From contig PSMW01000017.1 of NCBI GenBank assembly GCA_040290295.1, positions 6,840 through 70,839 of the forward strand: a DNA stretch of 64,000 nucleotides. Direction: 5' to 3'. The position numbers and the translations under genes are program-made. The stretch is from Ignavibacteria bacterium (GTDB taxonomy: Bacteria > Bacteroidota > Ignavibacteria > UBA10030 > UBA6906). The notes below the pieces were generated by a model. That model was given only the letters and a program-made list of their open reading frames with translations, ran no database searches and was not told where the DNA came from. Positions 55,455-64,000 of the stretch are shown here, piece by piece (position 1 is the stretch's first letter; the number at the start of each line of letters is the position of its first letter).

Positions 55455-55799
55455 CTACTTGTTGTCTTTCTTCTCGTCTCCGCCTTCACGAATCACGCTT
55501 GCAACTGCGGCGCGTTCGAATTTCATTTTCACGTTGTCGGCAACCTGCACCAGCACCGTCCGATCTTCCAACCCTGCAATCGTGCCGTGCAGACCACCGG
55601 TGAGAATTACCTTGTCCCCTTTTTTGAGCGATTCAATCATCTGCTGATGTTGCTTCTGCTTCTTTTGCTGAGGACGCAAGATCATGAAGTAGAAGATTGC
55701 GATGATCGAACCGAACATGATGAGCGTGCTGAGCAATCCGCCGCCACCCCCACCGTTGCCGGGAGGTGGAGCCATGAGCACGAGTGGTAGAACGTTCAC
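55455..55799 (-). CDS. yajC: preprotein translocase subunit YajC
   Basis: Single TM followed by RPQQKKQK...[17 protein letters not shown], the YajC signature. The start is ambiguous (GTG 55799 or ATG 55775). Confidence 0.85.
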   Translation of the reverse strand: MNVLPLVLMAPPPGNGGGGGGLLSTLIMFGSIIAIFYFMILRPQQKKQKQHQQMIESLKKGDKVILTGGLHGTIAGLEDRTVLVQVADNVKMKFERAAVASVIREGGDEKKDNK

Positions 55800-55813
55800 G
55801 TGATCTCCTCTAT

Positions 55814-57007
<1,194 letters not shown>

Positions 57008-57412
57008 TCACTTTGCAGGTGCGATCGCTCGGAGCTTGCTATAAGCCCAATGCGCGATCACGAACACGCACGCGCCGACACAGTCCGCGATCCAATCGAG
57101 CAAACTGCAATCTCTACCCGGTACGAAATACTGATGCCACTCATCGATCGCTGCATAGAAGGCGATAAGCAGAATGCTTGCGAGATACGCGCGGCGTCGC
57201 ATCGATAGGAACCGATCCTGTCGTGTCAGCGCACGATGAACGGTGTACGTAAAGACAACATAGATAAGAAAGTGAATTACTTTGTCGTGCGTGAGGATGC
57301 TCCACTCCGGAAGTTCGCTCGAAGGAATCGAGGATTGCACGAACAAGGCAACTGCCCAGAAGATCATAGGTCCTTGATCGCGCCAAAACGCAAGCGGCGG
57401 CTGCACACTCAT
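57008..57412 (-). CDS. VanZ family membrane protein
   Basis: 4 TM; HDKVIHFLIY.. and ..DEWHQYFVPGRDCSLLDWIAD are typical VanZ-like motifs. Confidence 0.65.
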   Translation of the reverse strand: MSVQPPLAFWRDQGPMIFWAVALFVQSSIPSSELPEWSILTHDKVIHFLIYVVFTYTVHRALTRQDRFLSMRRRAYLASILLIAFYAAIDEWHQYFVPGRDCSLLDWIADCVGACVFVIAHWAYSKLRAIAPAK

Positions 57413-58989
57413 CGGTTAGCCTCTATGTTTTGCAGGGCTTCCGGCACAGCTTCGAGAATATCCATCGCCATGAGACTGCGCTGACCGAATTTCTTTGCTG
57501 CAATGTCGCCCGCGAGACCGTGCACGAACACACCAGCCCATGCCGCCTCTTCGGGCATCATACCTTGGGCAGCAAACGACGCGATGATCCCGGTCAGCAC
57601 ATCTCCTGCGCCCGCAGTTGCCATGCCCGGATTGCCGGTCGAGTTCATGAACGCGCGCCCCTCCGGCGTACCGATGATTGTCGGTGATCCTTTGAGGACA
57701 AGAATGGTATTGAGAGATTTTGCCTGCGAGCGTGCCACTTCCACGCGTTCCTTCTCGATCATGTCGCGATCGAGTTTCGTCAACAACCGCAGCTCACCGA
57801 CATGTGGTGTGATGATGGTGCTGAAGCGTCGCTTCTTCAATAAAGAAATGTCGTATGCCATCATCCCCAGTCCGTCGGCATCCAGCACCAACGGCTGAAC
57901 GATGGACGGGACGAGTGTGTGAACCAACTTCCGCGTTTCGAGATTTTGTGAGAGTCCCGGACCCAGGGCGACAACATCCGCCCAACGAAGTCGCTCTTGA
58001 ATCGTATCCATCGCTTGAATGGAAATGGTACCTTCGTCCGTTTCCTGGAGCGGAGTGATCATTACCTCGGTCACTTTTTTTATCAATGGAGGATGGAGAG
58101 ATTTTGGAACGGCAAGGATGACCGCCCCCGCGCCGGCTCTCATTGCAGCCACTGCCGTCATGAACGGCGCGCCGGTGAGCGCCCGCGATCCCGCAATCAC
58201 CAACACCTTCCCCACACTATACTTGTGCGCCGTATGCGGACGTTGAGGCAACACGCGCCGCACATCTTCTGTGTGAACACGGTAGGTGGGCTGTCGTTCG
58301 ATCTGAAACAGAAAACGGGGAATGCTGATGTCGGCAATCTCGACGATCCCGGCATGATCTTTCCCCTCGCCGACATAATGCCCGATCTTCGCGAGACCCA
58401 TCGTCACCGTAAGGTTGGAGCGAACGGCAATATTTTCCACGAGACCTGTCGAGGCGTTCACCCCCGAGGGAATGTCAACAGCAGCTCTGAATGTTCGAAG
58501 CGAGTTCATCCATTCAATTGCTTCGCGATAGGGCGAACGAACAGCGCCCGCAAAGCCCGTCCCGAAGAGCGCATCCACAACAACCGCAGGAGAATCGGAA
58601 AGCGAGGTGGTCACGGTGTTCATTTTTCCCACGGTCGGTACTTCGTGAAAGGCAACGCTCGATCGCTTCGATCTCAGCATCTTCAAGAGGATGGAAAGAT
58701 TGGTTTGAGCATCTCCTTTCACGTCACTCTTCTTCCCAATGAGCAACACATGAACTGCAGCTCCACGGTTGCTCAGATGTCGTGCGATGACGAAGCCGTC
58801 GCCGCCGTTATTTCCTTTTCCACACACAACAACGACAAGCTTGCCCAGCAGAGAGCCGACGTGCTGCTCGAGGAAGTCAACGAACGCGCGGCCAGCATTC
58901 TCCATCAAGACGATGCCGGGTATTGCATACGTACCGATAGCCGAGCGATCGAAGCGCTGCATCTGCTCGGCTGTGGAGAGAAGCTGCAT
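57409..58989 (-). CDS. nnr: bifunctional NAD(P)H-hydrate epimerase / ADP-dependent dehydratase
   Basis: YjeF-N (VVVCGKGNNGGDGFV) plus YjeF-C carbohydrate-kinase domain (GPGL.., ..GNPGMATAGAGDVLTG). Confidence 0.9.
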   Translation of the reverse strand: MQLLSTAEQMQRFDRSAIGTYAIPGIVLMENAGRAFVDFLEQHVGSLLGKLVVVVCGKGNNGGDGFVIARHLSNRGAAVHVLLIGKKSDVKGDAQTNLSILLKMLRSKRSSVAFHEVPTVGKMNTVTTSLSDSPAVVVDALFGTGFAGAVRSPYREAIEWMNSLRTFRAAVDIPSGVNASTGLVENIAVRSNLTVTMGLAKIGHYVGEGKDHAGIVEIADISIPRFLFQIERQPTYRVHTEDVRRVLPQRPHTAHKYSVGKVLVIAGSRALTGAPFMTAVAAMRAGAGAVILAVPKSLHPPLIKKVTEVMITPLQETDEGTISIQAMDTIQERLRWADVVALGPGLSQNLETRKLVHTLVPSIVQPLVLDADGLGMMAYDISLLKKRRFSTIITPHVGELRLLTKLDRDMIEKERVEVARSQAKSLNTILVLKGSPTIIGTPEGRAFMNSTGNPGMATAGAGDVLTGIIASFAAQGMMPEEAAWAGVFVHGLAGDIAAKKFGQRSLMAMDILEAVPEALQNIEANR

Positions 58990-58997
58990 TGGGATGC

Positions 58998-60434
58998 CTA
59001 GAAGAAGCGGGGGATCACGTCGAGAACAACAGACGGAAAGATGCCGAAACCGAGGAGTGCGGCGACCGAAACCAACAACGCAGCAACGCCCAACCGCGAC
59101 CGCGAAGCTTCCAGAGACACCGCAGATTCCTCCTTGAAGTACATCAGCACGACGAGACGGAGATAGTAGTATGCGGAGACGACGCTCATCAGCACGCCGA
59201 CGATGGCGAGCCAGGTGTACCCAGCCTGCACGGCTCCGGCGAACACATAGTACTTACCAAAGAAGCCGGCGAAAGGAGGAACACCCGAGAGCGAGAACAT
59301 GAAGACCGACATGATCAGGGCAAGCATCGGGTAGCGTGCGGCAAGTCCCGAACAATCGTCGAACGTGAGATTCTGCCCCTCGGCCGATTCGAGGAATGCG
59401 ATCACTCCAAACGCGCCGACGTTCATCATCGTATAGGCAACAAGATAGAACAGCACGCCTTGCAAACCGTAGGTGTTTGCAGCAATCACGCCGGCGAGAA
59501 TATATCCTGCGTGTGCGATGCTGGAGTATGCAAGCATGCGCTTGATGCTGGACTGTGAAATCGCGATCACATTTCCGACAATCATCGAGAGTGCGGCAAT
59601 CGCCGCCATGATTTCCCGCAGCGGAGCTACGGTGAGCATCAGTGCAGGCGCAAATACCAGCACAACTCCAGCGAACGCCGCCGCCTTCCCTCCCGTTGAC
59701 ATGAATCCACTGACCGTTGTCGGCGCGCCTTCATACACATCCGGCACCCACATGTGGAACGGTACAGCAGCAACCTTGAACGTGAACCCGATGAGCAGCA
59801 ATCCGCATCCGATCAAAAACAAAGGCGAGCTTGCCAATGTGGCCGCTTGTCGAACCAGCAGCGGGATGTTTGTTGTGCCGGACGAACCGTACAGAAGCGC
59901 AACCCCGTACAAGAAGAAACCTGTCGCGAACGCGCCGAGCAGGAAGTATTTCATCGCCGCTTCGTTGCTGATCAACCGGCGGCGTGCAAATCCCGCAAGA
60001 ATGTAGAAGGCGATGGACATGGTTTCCAGCCCCAAAAACAGGATCACCAAATCCGCAGCGGCAGCCATCAGCATCATGCCGATAACGGCGAAGAGAACCA
60101 CAGAGTAGTATTCGCTGTGCTCGATCCCTTCCTTCTTGATGTAGTGTTTCGAGAGCATCACCGTCAGCAAGCCGGCAAACGAAAACAACGCAGCGAAAAA
60201 CGAAGCATACCCGCCCATCGTCGCCATGTTGTGAAAGACCGTCGTTGCGGGTGAACCGATCGATGCAAGCGACAAACCGAAGCTCCCCGCCAAACCGAAG
60301 ACGGAAATCCACGCATTCAGATGTTCGGTCCGGTCGTTGAGCGCTTCGACGGTGAGAACAACCAACGCGACAAGTGTGAGAAGCGATATGGGCGCGATCG
60401 CAAGTGTATCGTGCCAGAGAAGCGAGAGATCCAT
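58998..60434 (-). CDS. nuoN: NADH-quinone oxidoreductase subunit N-like proton-translocating membrane protein
   Basis: About 14 TM with NuoN/ND2-type text (LFLGLETMSIAFYILAG, KYFLLGAFATGFFLYG, PFHMWVPDVYEGAPT). Start uncertain (ATG 60434, ATG 60470 or TTG 60485). Confidence 0.8.
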   Translation of the reverse strand: MDLSLLWHDTLAIAPISLLTLVALVVLTVEALNDRTEHLNAWISVFGLAGSFGLSLASIGSPATTVFHNMATMGGYASFFAALFSFAGLLTVMLSKHYIKKEGIEHSEYYSVVLFAVIGMMLMAAAADLVILFLGLETMSIAFYILAGFARRRLISNEAAMKYFLLGAFATGFFLYGVALLYGSSGTTNIPLLVRQAATLASSPLFLIGCGLLLIGFTFKVAAVPFHMWVPDVYEGAPTTVSGFMSTGGKAAAFAGVVLVFAPALMLTVAPLREIMAAIAALSMIVGNVIAISQSSIKRMLAYSSIAHAGYILAGVIAANTYGLQGVLFYLVAYTMMNVGAFGVIAFLESAEGQNLTFDDCSGLAARYPMLALIMSVFMFSLSGVPPFAGFFGKYYVFAGAVQAGYTWLAIVGVLMSVVSAYYYLRLVVLMYFKEESAVSLEASRSRLGVAALLVSVAALLGFGIFPSVVLDVIPRFF

Positions 60435-60614
60435 TGTCAGAGTGCTGTTGTCATGAGAATGATAAATCATCAAGACGCCGGGCAATCGGGAGATGTTTGT
60501 GCAATGCCAGACGGCTCAAAATTATGAAAAGCGGCAGTAAGAAACAAAGCGCTTCTCTGCAGACCGTTGCGTTCGGCAAGCATGCGGTCGATGCACATAT
60601 TCTTGACGGCATGG

Positions 60615-61856
60615 TCATGCGCTCGTGTCCACCCGCCCGACGCGCCACATGATGACAGCACCGCAGAGCATTGCCGCGGCGGCGACACCGAATCCGGCTA
60701 CCGGCGAGACAGCATTCCACAGCACACCGACAAGGGCACTTGCAAGAAAATCGCCCACACCGTTTACCGTTCCTAACACACCCATGCCGATGCCCCGTGT
60801 TTCGCTCGCGATGAAGTCTGCGGTGATCGCCCCTTCGAGCGTGTCTTCAAAAGCCATGAACACGCCTGCAAGCGCAAACAGAACGCAGAGAAGAACAATG
60901 CTATCCGAGCTCAACACAAAGGCAAGCACAAACCCCATCACCGTGCACGCAGCGAGGCAATAGCCGAGTGCGAGCAAAACGATCCGACTCATTCTATCAC
61001 TCAACGCACCGATGGGAAGCGACGCGAGCGCGTACGTCGTATTGCGGACGACGTACATCAAGCCCGCAAGTTGGGACGCGCGCGCCAGTCCGTGCGTAGG
61101 CGTAAGCAACTGGATGGCAGCAAGGATGAAGACTGTGGGTGCGAAATCGCCGGCACCGAAGATGCCTGCGCCTACAAGAAACTGCTTGAACCGCGGGGGC
61201 AACGACCGAATCGTTCCCCAGAAGTGAAGCTGACGGTTGCCAGTGCGGCGCTTTTCGCTCACCATCAACCAAAACGCTACCGCCGAAAGAATGCCGGGGA
61301 CGAGAGTTATGAGAAAGACGTTTCGGAACGGTTGGACAGGATCGAGCAACGAAAGAGGCTGCCAAACTTCCAGGAGCGCAACGCCGAGCAGAGGTCCTAC
61401 GATTGCACCGAGTGTGTCCCCAAAGCGATGGAACCCGAACGCTTTACCGCGTACCTCGTGCTCGACAGAATCGGCAAGCATCGCATCGCGAATCGGTCCA
61501 CGAAATCCCCGACCGAACCAGCCGATCATGCGACCCACGAGAACGACAATCCAATGCGCTGCAATCGCGAAGAATACCATGGCAGCCCCCGTCAGCAGGT
61601 AGCCCAGCGCGGTGAGTCGCTTGCGATCCCCTACCCTGTCCGATATCCATCCACCCCACAACTTCACGAAGCTCGATGTTGCATCGGCGATTCCTTCAAT
61701 CAATCCCAGCGCCGAAGGGGGTGCGTTGATAATCGTCAGGAAGCCCGGCAGAACCGTGGTCGCCATCTCATGCGACGCATCGGAGAGAAAGCTCGTGATG
61801 CTCATGCCGAGCACGTTCCGATTGAGCCATGGCTTTTCTATTGTTGTGGCGTTCAT
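60615..61856 (-). CDS. MFS transporter
   Basis: 12 TM with GWISDRVGDRKR-type loop 2-3 motif. Start ATG 61856 (MNATTIEK...). Confidence 0.8.
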   Translation of the reverse strand: MNATTIEKPWLNRNVLGMSITSFLSDASHEMATTVLPGFLTIINAPPSALGLIEGIADATSSFVKLWGGWISDRVGDRKRLTALGYLLTGAAMVFFAIAAHWIVVLVGRMIGWFGRGFRGPIRDAMLADSVEHEVRGKAFGFHRFGDTLGAIVGPLLGVALLEVWQPLSLLDPVQPFRNVFLITLVPGILSAVAFWLMVSEKRRTGNRQLHFWGTIRSLPPRFKQFLVGAGIFGAGDFAPTVFILAAIQLLTPTHGLARASQLAGLMYVVRNTTYALASLPIGALSDRMSRIVLLALGYCLAACTVMGFVLAFVLSSDSIVLLCVLFALAGVFMAFEDTLEGAITADFIASETRGIGMGVLGTVNGVGDFLASALVGVLWNAVSPVAGFGVAAAAMLCGAVIMWRVGRVDTSA

Positions 61857-62098
61857 CTGTTGGCTGGAGGAAAGTGATGAACAACGTCCCCACACGGTCC
61901 AGGGTCGAGGTGGAGGATCTACCAAGCGCAGATCGTCTTGCGTGTTCGACGAATCGCACTACGACCATTCTACAAAAAGCTATCGCAAGAATCAACGCAG
62001 ACGAGACTCACCACACTTTGTTTGTGCCATACGGATTGCATCTTTCCGTGCAATTGGCTACCTAATCATAGCAACCTACATTCACTTCAGTGGACGGC

Positions 62099-62449
62099 AT
62101 GCGTTCGGTTAGTGCACATATCGCCGTTGTGCTTCTTGCATCGTGTTACGGATTGGTGAGTTTGGCAGAGCCGATCGAGCATTTGGCTCGCGTGATCGTG
62201 CCCGGCGGAAAACCTCAGCAGGTCACAGCAGCGAAAAGCACCAAGCCCATCACCGGCGCGTCGTATGTTCTTGCACGCCGCCATCTTCCTCTCACGAAGC
62301 AGATCGAGCTGCCGCCGCACGTAGTGCAGACCATTGTTATCGAGTCGCCCCTCGTCTTTCAAACGTATGGTATTGTTCGTTGGATCGAAGGAGGCGAAGT
62401 TCAATGCATACCACCACCCCTGCGCTCGCGTCCGCCTCCACCCGCGTGA
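62099..62449 (+). CDS. hypothetical lipoprotein
   Basis: MRSVSAHIAVVLLASC fits a lipobox (L-A-S-C). 116 aa, no family recognised. Confidence 0.4.
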   Translation: MRSVSAHIAVVLLASCYGLVSLAEPIEHLARVIVPGGKPQQVTAAKSTKPITGASYVLARRHLPLTKQIELPPHVVQTIVIESPLVFQTYGIVRWIEGGEVQCIPPPLRSRPPPPA

Positions 62450-62553
62450 CCATGTCCATTACTCCTCCGCGTGAGCAACACTGCACACGGCAAGTGGCTC
62501 ACGGGGGTCGTCATTCCCATTACACTCTGGAGGCATGCGATGCGAACGCGTGA
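62404..62553 (+). CDS. hypothetical 49-aa protein
   Basis: ATG preceded by GGAGG (8-nt spacing). It overlaps the end of the upstream ORF. No family recognised. Confidence 0.3.
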   Translation: MHTTTPALASASTRVTMSITPPREQHCTRQVAHGGRHSHYTLEACDANA

Positions 62554-62746
62554 ACACGAGCAGCACAATGAACCCGCATCCGGGTTCCCGCTACAGTTCA
62601 AGGTTTTCTTAGCCATCATTGTGGGTGGAGTACTGTACCTTCTCCTCCAAGTGATCGCCATTTTCTCAGCAAGGACGATGTCGCGCTCTGGCGCTCCTGT
62701 GCGATTGTCGGAGCAAAAGCGCGCGTTCATCGAACTTTCCGGTTGA
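62540..62746 (+). CDS. hypothetical 68-aa single-TM protein
   Basis: ATG preceded by GGAGG (6-nt spacing). One clear TM (FKVFLAIIVGGVLYLLLQVIAIF). It overlaps the upstream ORF end. Confidence 0.35.
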   Translation: MRTREHEQHNEPASGFPLQFKVFLAIIVGGVLYLLLQVIAIFSARTMSRSGAPVRLSEQKRAFIELSG

Positions 62747-62815
62747 GGACGGATCGCTATTCCGTCCTCGCCGGTGGTATTCCCCCTAGAATATGACGTG
62801 CAACGGAGGTGTAAC

Positions 62816-64000
62816 ATGAAAACCATCGACCCGACTGCTCTCGAACAGGTGCTCATGGTACGCAATATTCGGATGGAAGATTACGAGCAGATCGTCGCCT
62901 TGCAGGAGAAGTGTTTTCCCGGTATGAAGCCGTGGACGCGGGAACAACTTGCCAGTCAGCTTTCGATCTTCCCGCAGGGACAAATATGCATCGAGTACGC
63001 AGGGCGTGTCGTTGCCTCCTCCAGCAGTTTGGTGTTGGATTTCGCCATGTACGGAGAGGTTCACGATTGGCAACAAATCTCCGACGGCGGATTCATCCGC
63101 AATCATAACCCGGAAGGCAACACGCTCTACGGCATCGAGATTATGGTCGATCCGGAATTTCGCGGGATGCGCCTCGCTCGTCGCTTGTACGATGCGCGTA
63201 AGCGACTTGCACAGGAGATGAACCTTATGCGCATTGTTCTCGGCGGACGCATTCCGGGCTACGCGAAGTACAAGGATCAGATGTCAGCCAGAGAGTACGT
63301 CGATAAGGTCATGAAGAAAGCACTCGTCGATCCGGTGCTCACCACACAACTTTCCAACGGGTTCGTCCTCAAGCGGCTGATCAAGTCGTACTTGACATCC
63401 GACAAAGAATCCGATGGTTATGCGACATTGTTGGAATGGTCGAATCTCGACTACCAACCCGACACGTCGAAAAAGTTTGTTCCCTCGAAAGCTGTGCGTA
63501 TCTGCGCCGTACAGTATCAGATGCGAGCGATCAAGAGCTTCCAGGAGTTCGCACGCCAATGCGAGTACTTCGTGGATGTCGCGGCTGACTACAAGACGGA
63601 CTTCGTGCTCTTTCCCGAATTGATCACGACGCAACTGCTCTCGTTCATTCTCGCCGAACGCCCGGGGATTGCCGTACGCAAGCTGGCTGAGTTCACGCCG
63701 CAGTACCTCGAACTCTTCTCGCACCTTGCGATCAAATACGATGTGAACATCATCGGCGGCTCTCATTTCCTTGTCGAAGATGATCATTTGTACAACGTTG
63801 CACATCTGTTCAAGCGAAACGGCGGCATCGGCAAACAGTACAAACTTCACATCACGCCGAACGAAAAACATTGGTGGGGCGTCGAGCCGGGAAACAGCAT
63901 CGAAGTCTTCGAAACCGATAAAGGCAAAATCAACATCCAGATCTGCTACGACATCGAGTTTCCCGAAATCTCACGCATTGCAGTCGAAAAAGGGGCACAG
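62816..64000 (+). CDS. bifunctional GNAT N-acetyltransferase / carbon-nitrogen hydrolase family protein (3' end outside window)
   Basis: Open-ended, so absent from the track. ATG 62816 sits 6 nt after GGAGG. GNAT text (IEIMVDPEFRGMRLARRLY), then nitrilase-superfamily text (RICAVQYQMR.., FPELITT.., INIQICYDIEFPE). No stop through 64000. Confidence 0.8.
   Translation, partial: MKTIDPTALEQVLMVRNIRMEDYEQIVALQEKCFPGMKPWTREQLASQLSIFPQGQICIEYAGRVVASSSSLVLDFAMYGEVHDWQQISDGGFIRNHNPEGNTLYGIEIMVDPEFRGMRLARRLYDARKRLAQEMNLMRIVLGGRIPGYAKYKDQMSAREYVDKVMKKALVDPVLTTQLSNGFVLKRLIKSYLTSDKESDGYATLLEWSNLDYQPDTSKKFVPSKAVRICAVQYQMRAIKSFQEFARQCEYFVDVAADYKTDFVLFPELITTQLLSFILAERPGIAVRKLAEFTPQYLELFSHLAIKYDVNIIGGSHFLVEDDHLYNVAHLFKRNGGIGKQYKLHITPNEKHWWGVEPGNSIEVFETDKGKINIQICYDIEFPEISRIAVEKGAQ

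Noticed and set aside
57997-59001. 334-aa + strand ORF.
   Set aside because: It is antisense to nnr (YjeF-N/YjeF-C motifs clear on the minus strand) and is Arg/His-rich.
61071-61877. 268-aa + strand ORF.
   Set aside because: It is antisense to the MFS transporter gene.
63284-63871. 195-aa minus-strand ORF.
   Set aside because: It is antisense to the open-ended GNAT/C-N hydrolase gene, which reads without stops from 62816 to the window end and shows family motifs.

Overview
This is a 64-kb piece of a moderately GC-rich bacterial chromosome. The gene content (T9SS C-terminal sorting domain, TonB-dependent receptor, BNR and beta-propeller lipoproteins) suggests an FCB-superphylum-type organism; I cannot place it more precisely. 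It falls into three blocks. (1) 1-13.47 kb holds core genes: a KDO8P-synthase-like 5' end, a DAACS symporter, ispE, a PAS-rich hybrid-kinase/receiver/kinase cluster, a TonB-dependent receptor and a LOG-DinB-EamA-rhodanese-DoxX operon. (2) About 13.47-29.2 kb is a visibly AT-richer accessory segment that I interpret as an integron-type gene-cassette array. It starts with a decayed platform (beta-helix gene fragment, integrase-like N-terminal stub, attI-like site at 14857-14926). Plus-strand cassettes follow, delimited by a homogeneous family of attC-like imperfect palindromes (15891-16082, 19469-19603, 20676-20834, 21012-21148, weaker 22350-22447). The array also contains an IS3-family insertion (23595-24880) and ends in a truncated terminal attC (29085-29158). 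No intact integron integrase is present in the window. Cassette cargo is a NucS-like PD-(D/E)xK nuclease fusion, a galactose-oxidase-like protein, a T9SS repeat protein, an unrecognisable two-gene module (Cys-rich protein plus 4-TM protein), an ORF-less mini-cassette, secreted beta-propeller/beta-helix/BNR proteins, an S8 protease and a small OM barrel. Most of the larger cassette genes carry a stop or frameshift. (3) 29.5-64 kb is a housekeeping block almost entirely on the minus strand: EamA, DUF362, acyl-CoA mutase, mutL, ftsY, pgsA, purF, nadB, an OM barrel, coaE, rny, a candidate 6S RNA, zapA/zapB-like, pheST, rplT-rpmI-infC-thrS, four tRNAs, greA, ribBA, yajC, tgt, VanZ, nnr, an isolated nuoN-like gene, MFS, three small overlapping ORFs and a GNAT/C-N hydrolase fusion that runs off the end. 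All functional calls rest on motif recognition by eye; no database search, folding or statistics could be run. Many long antisense ORFs in the track are GC-driven artefacts.
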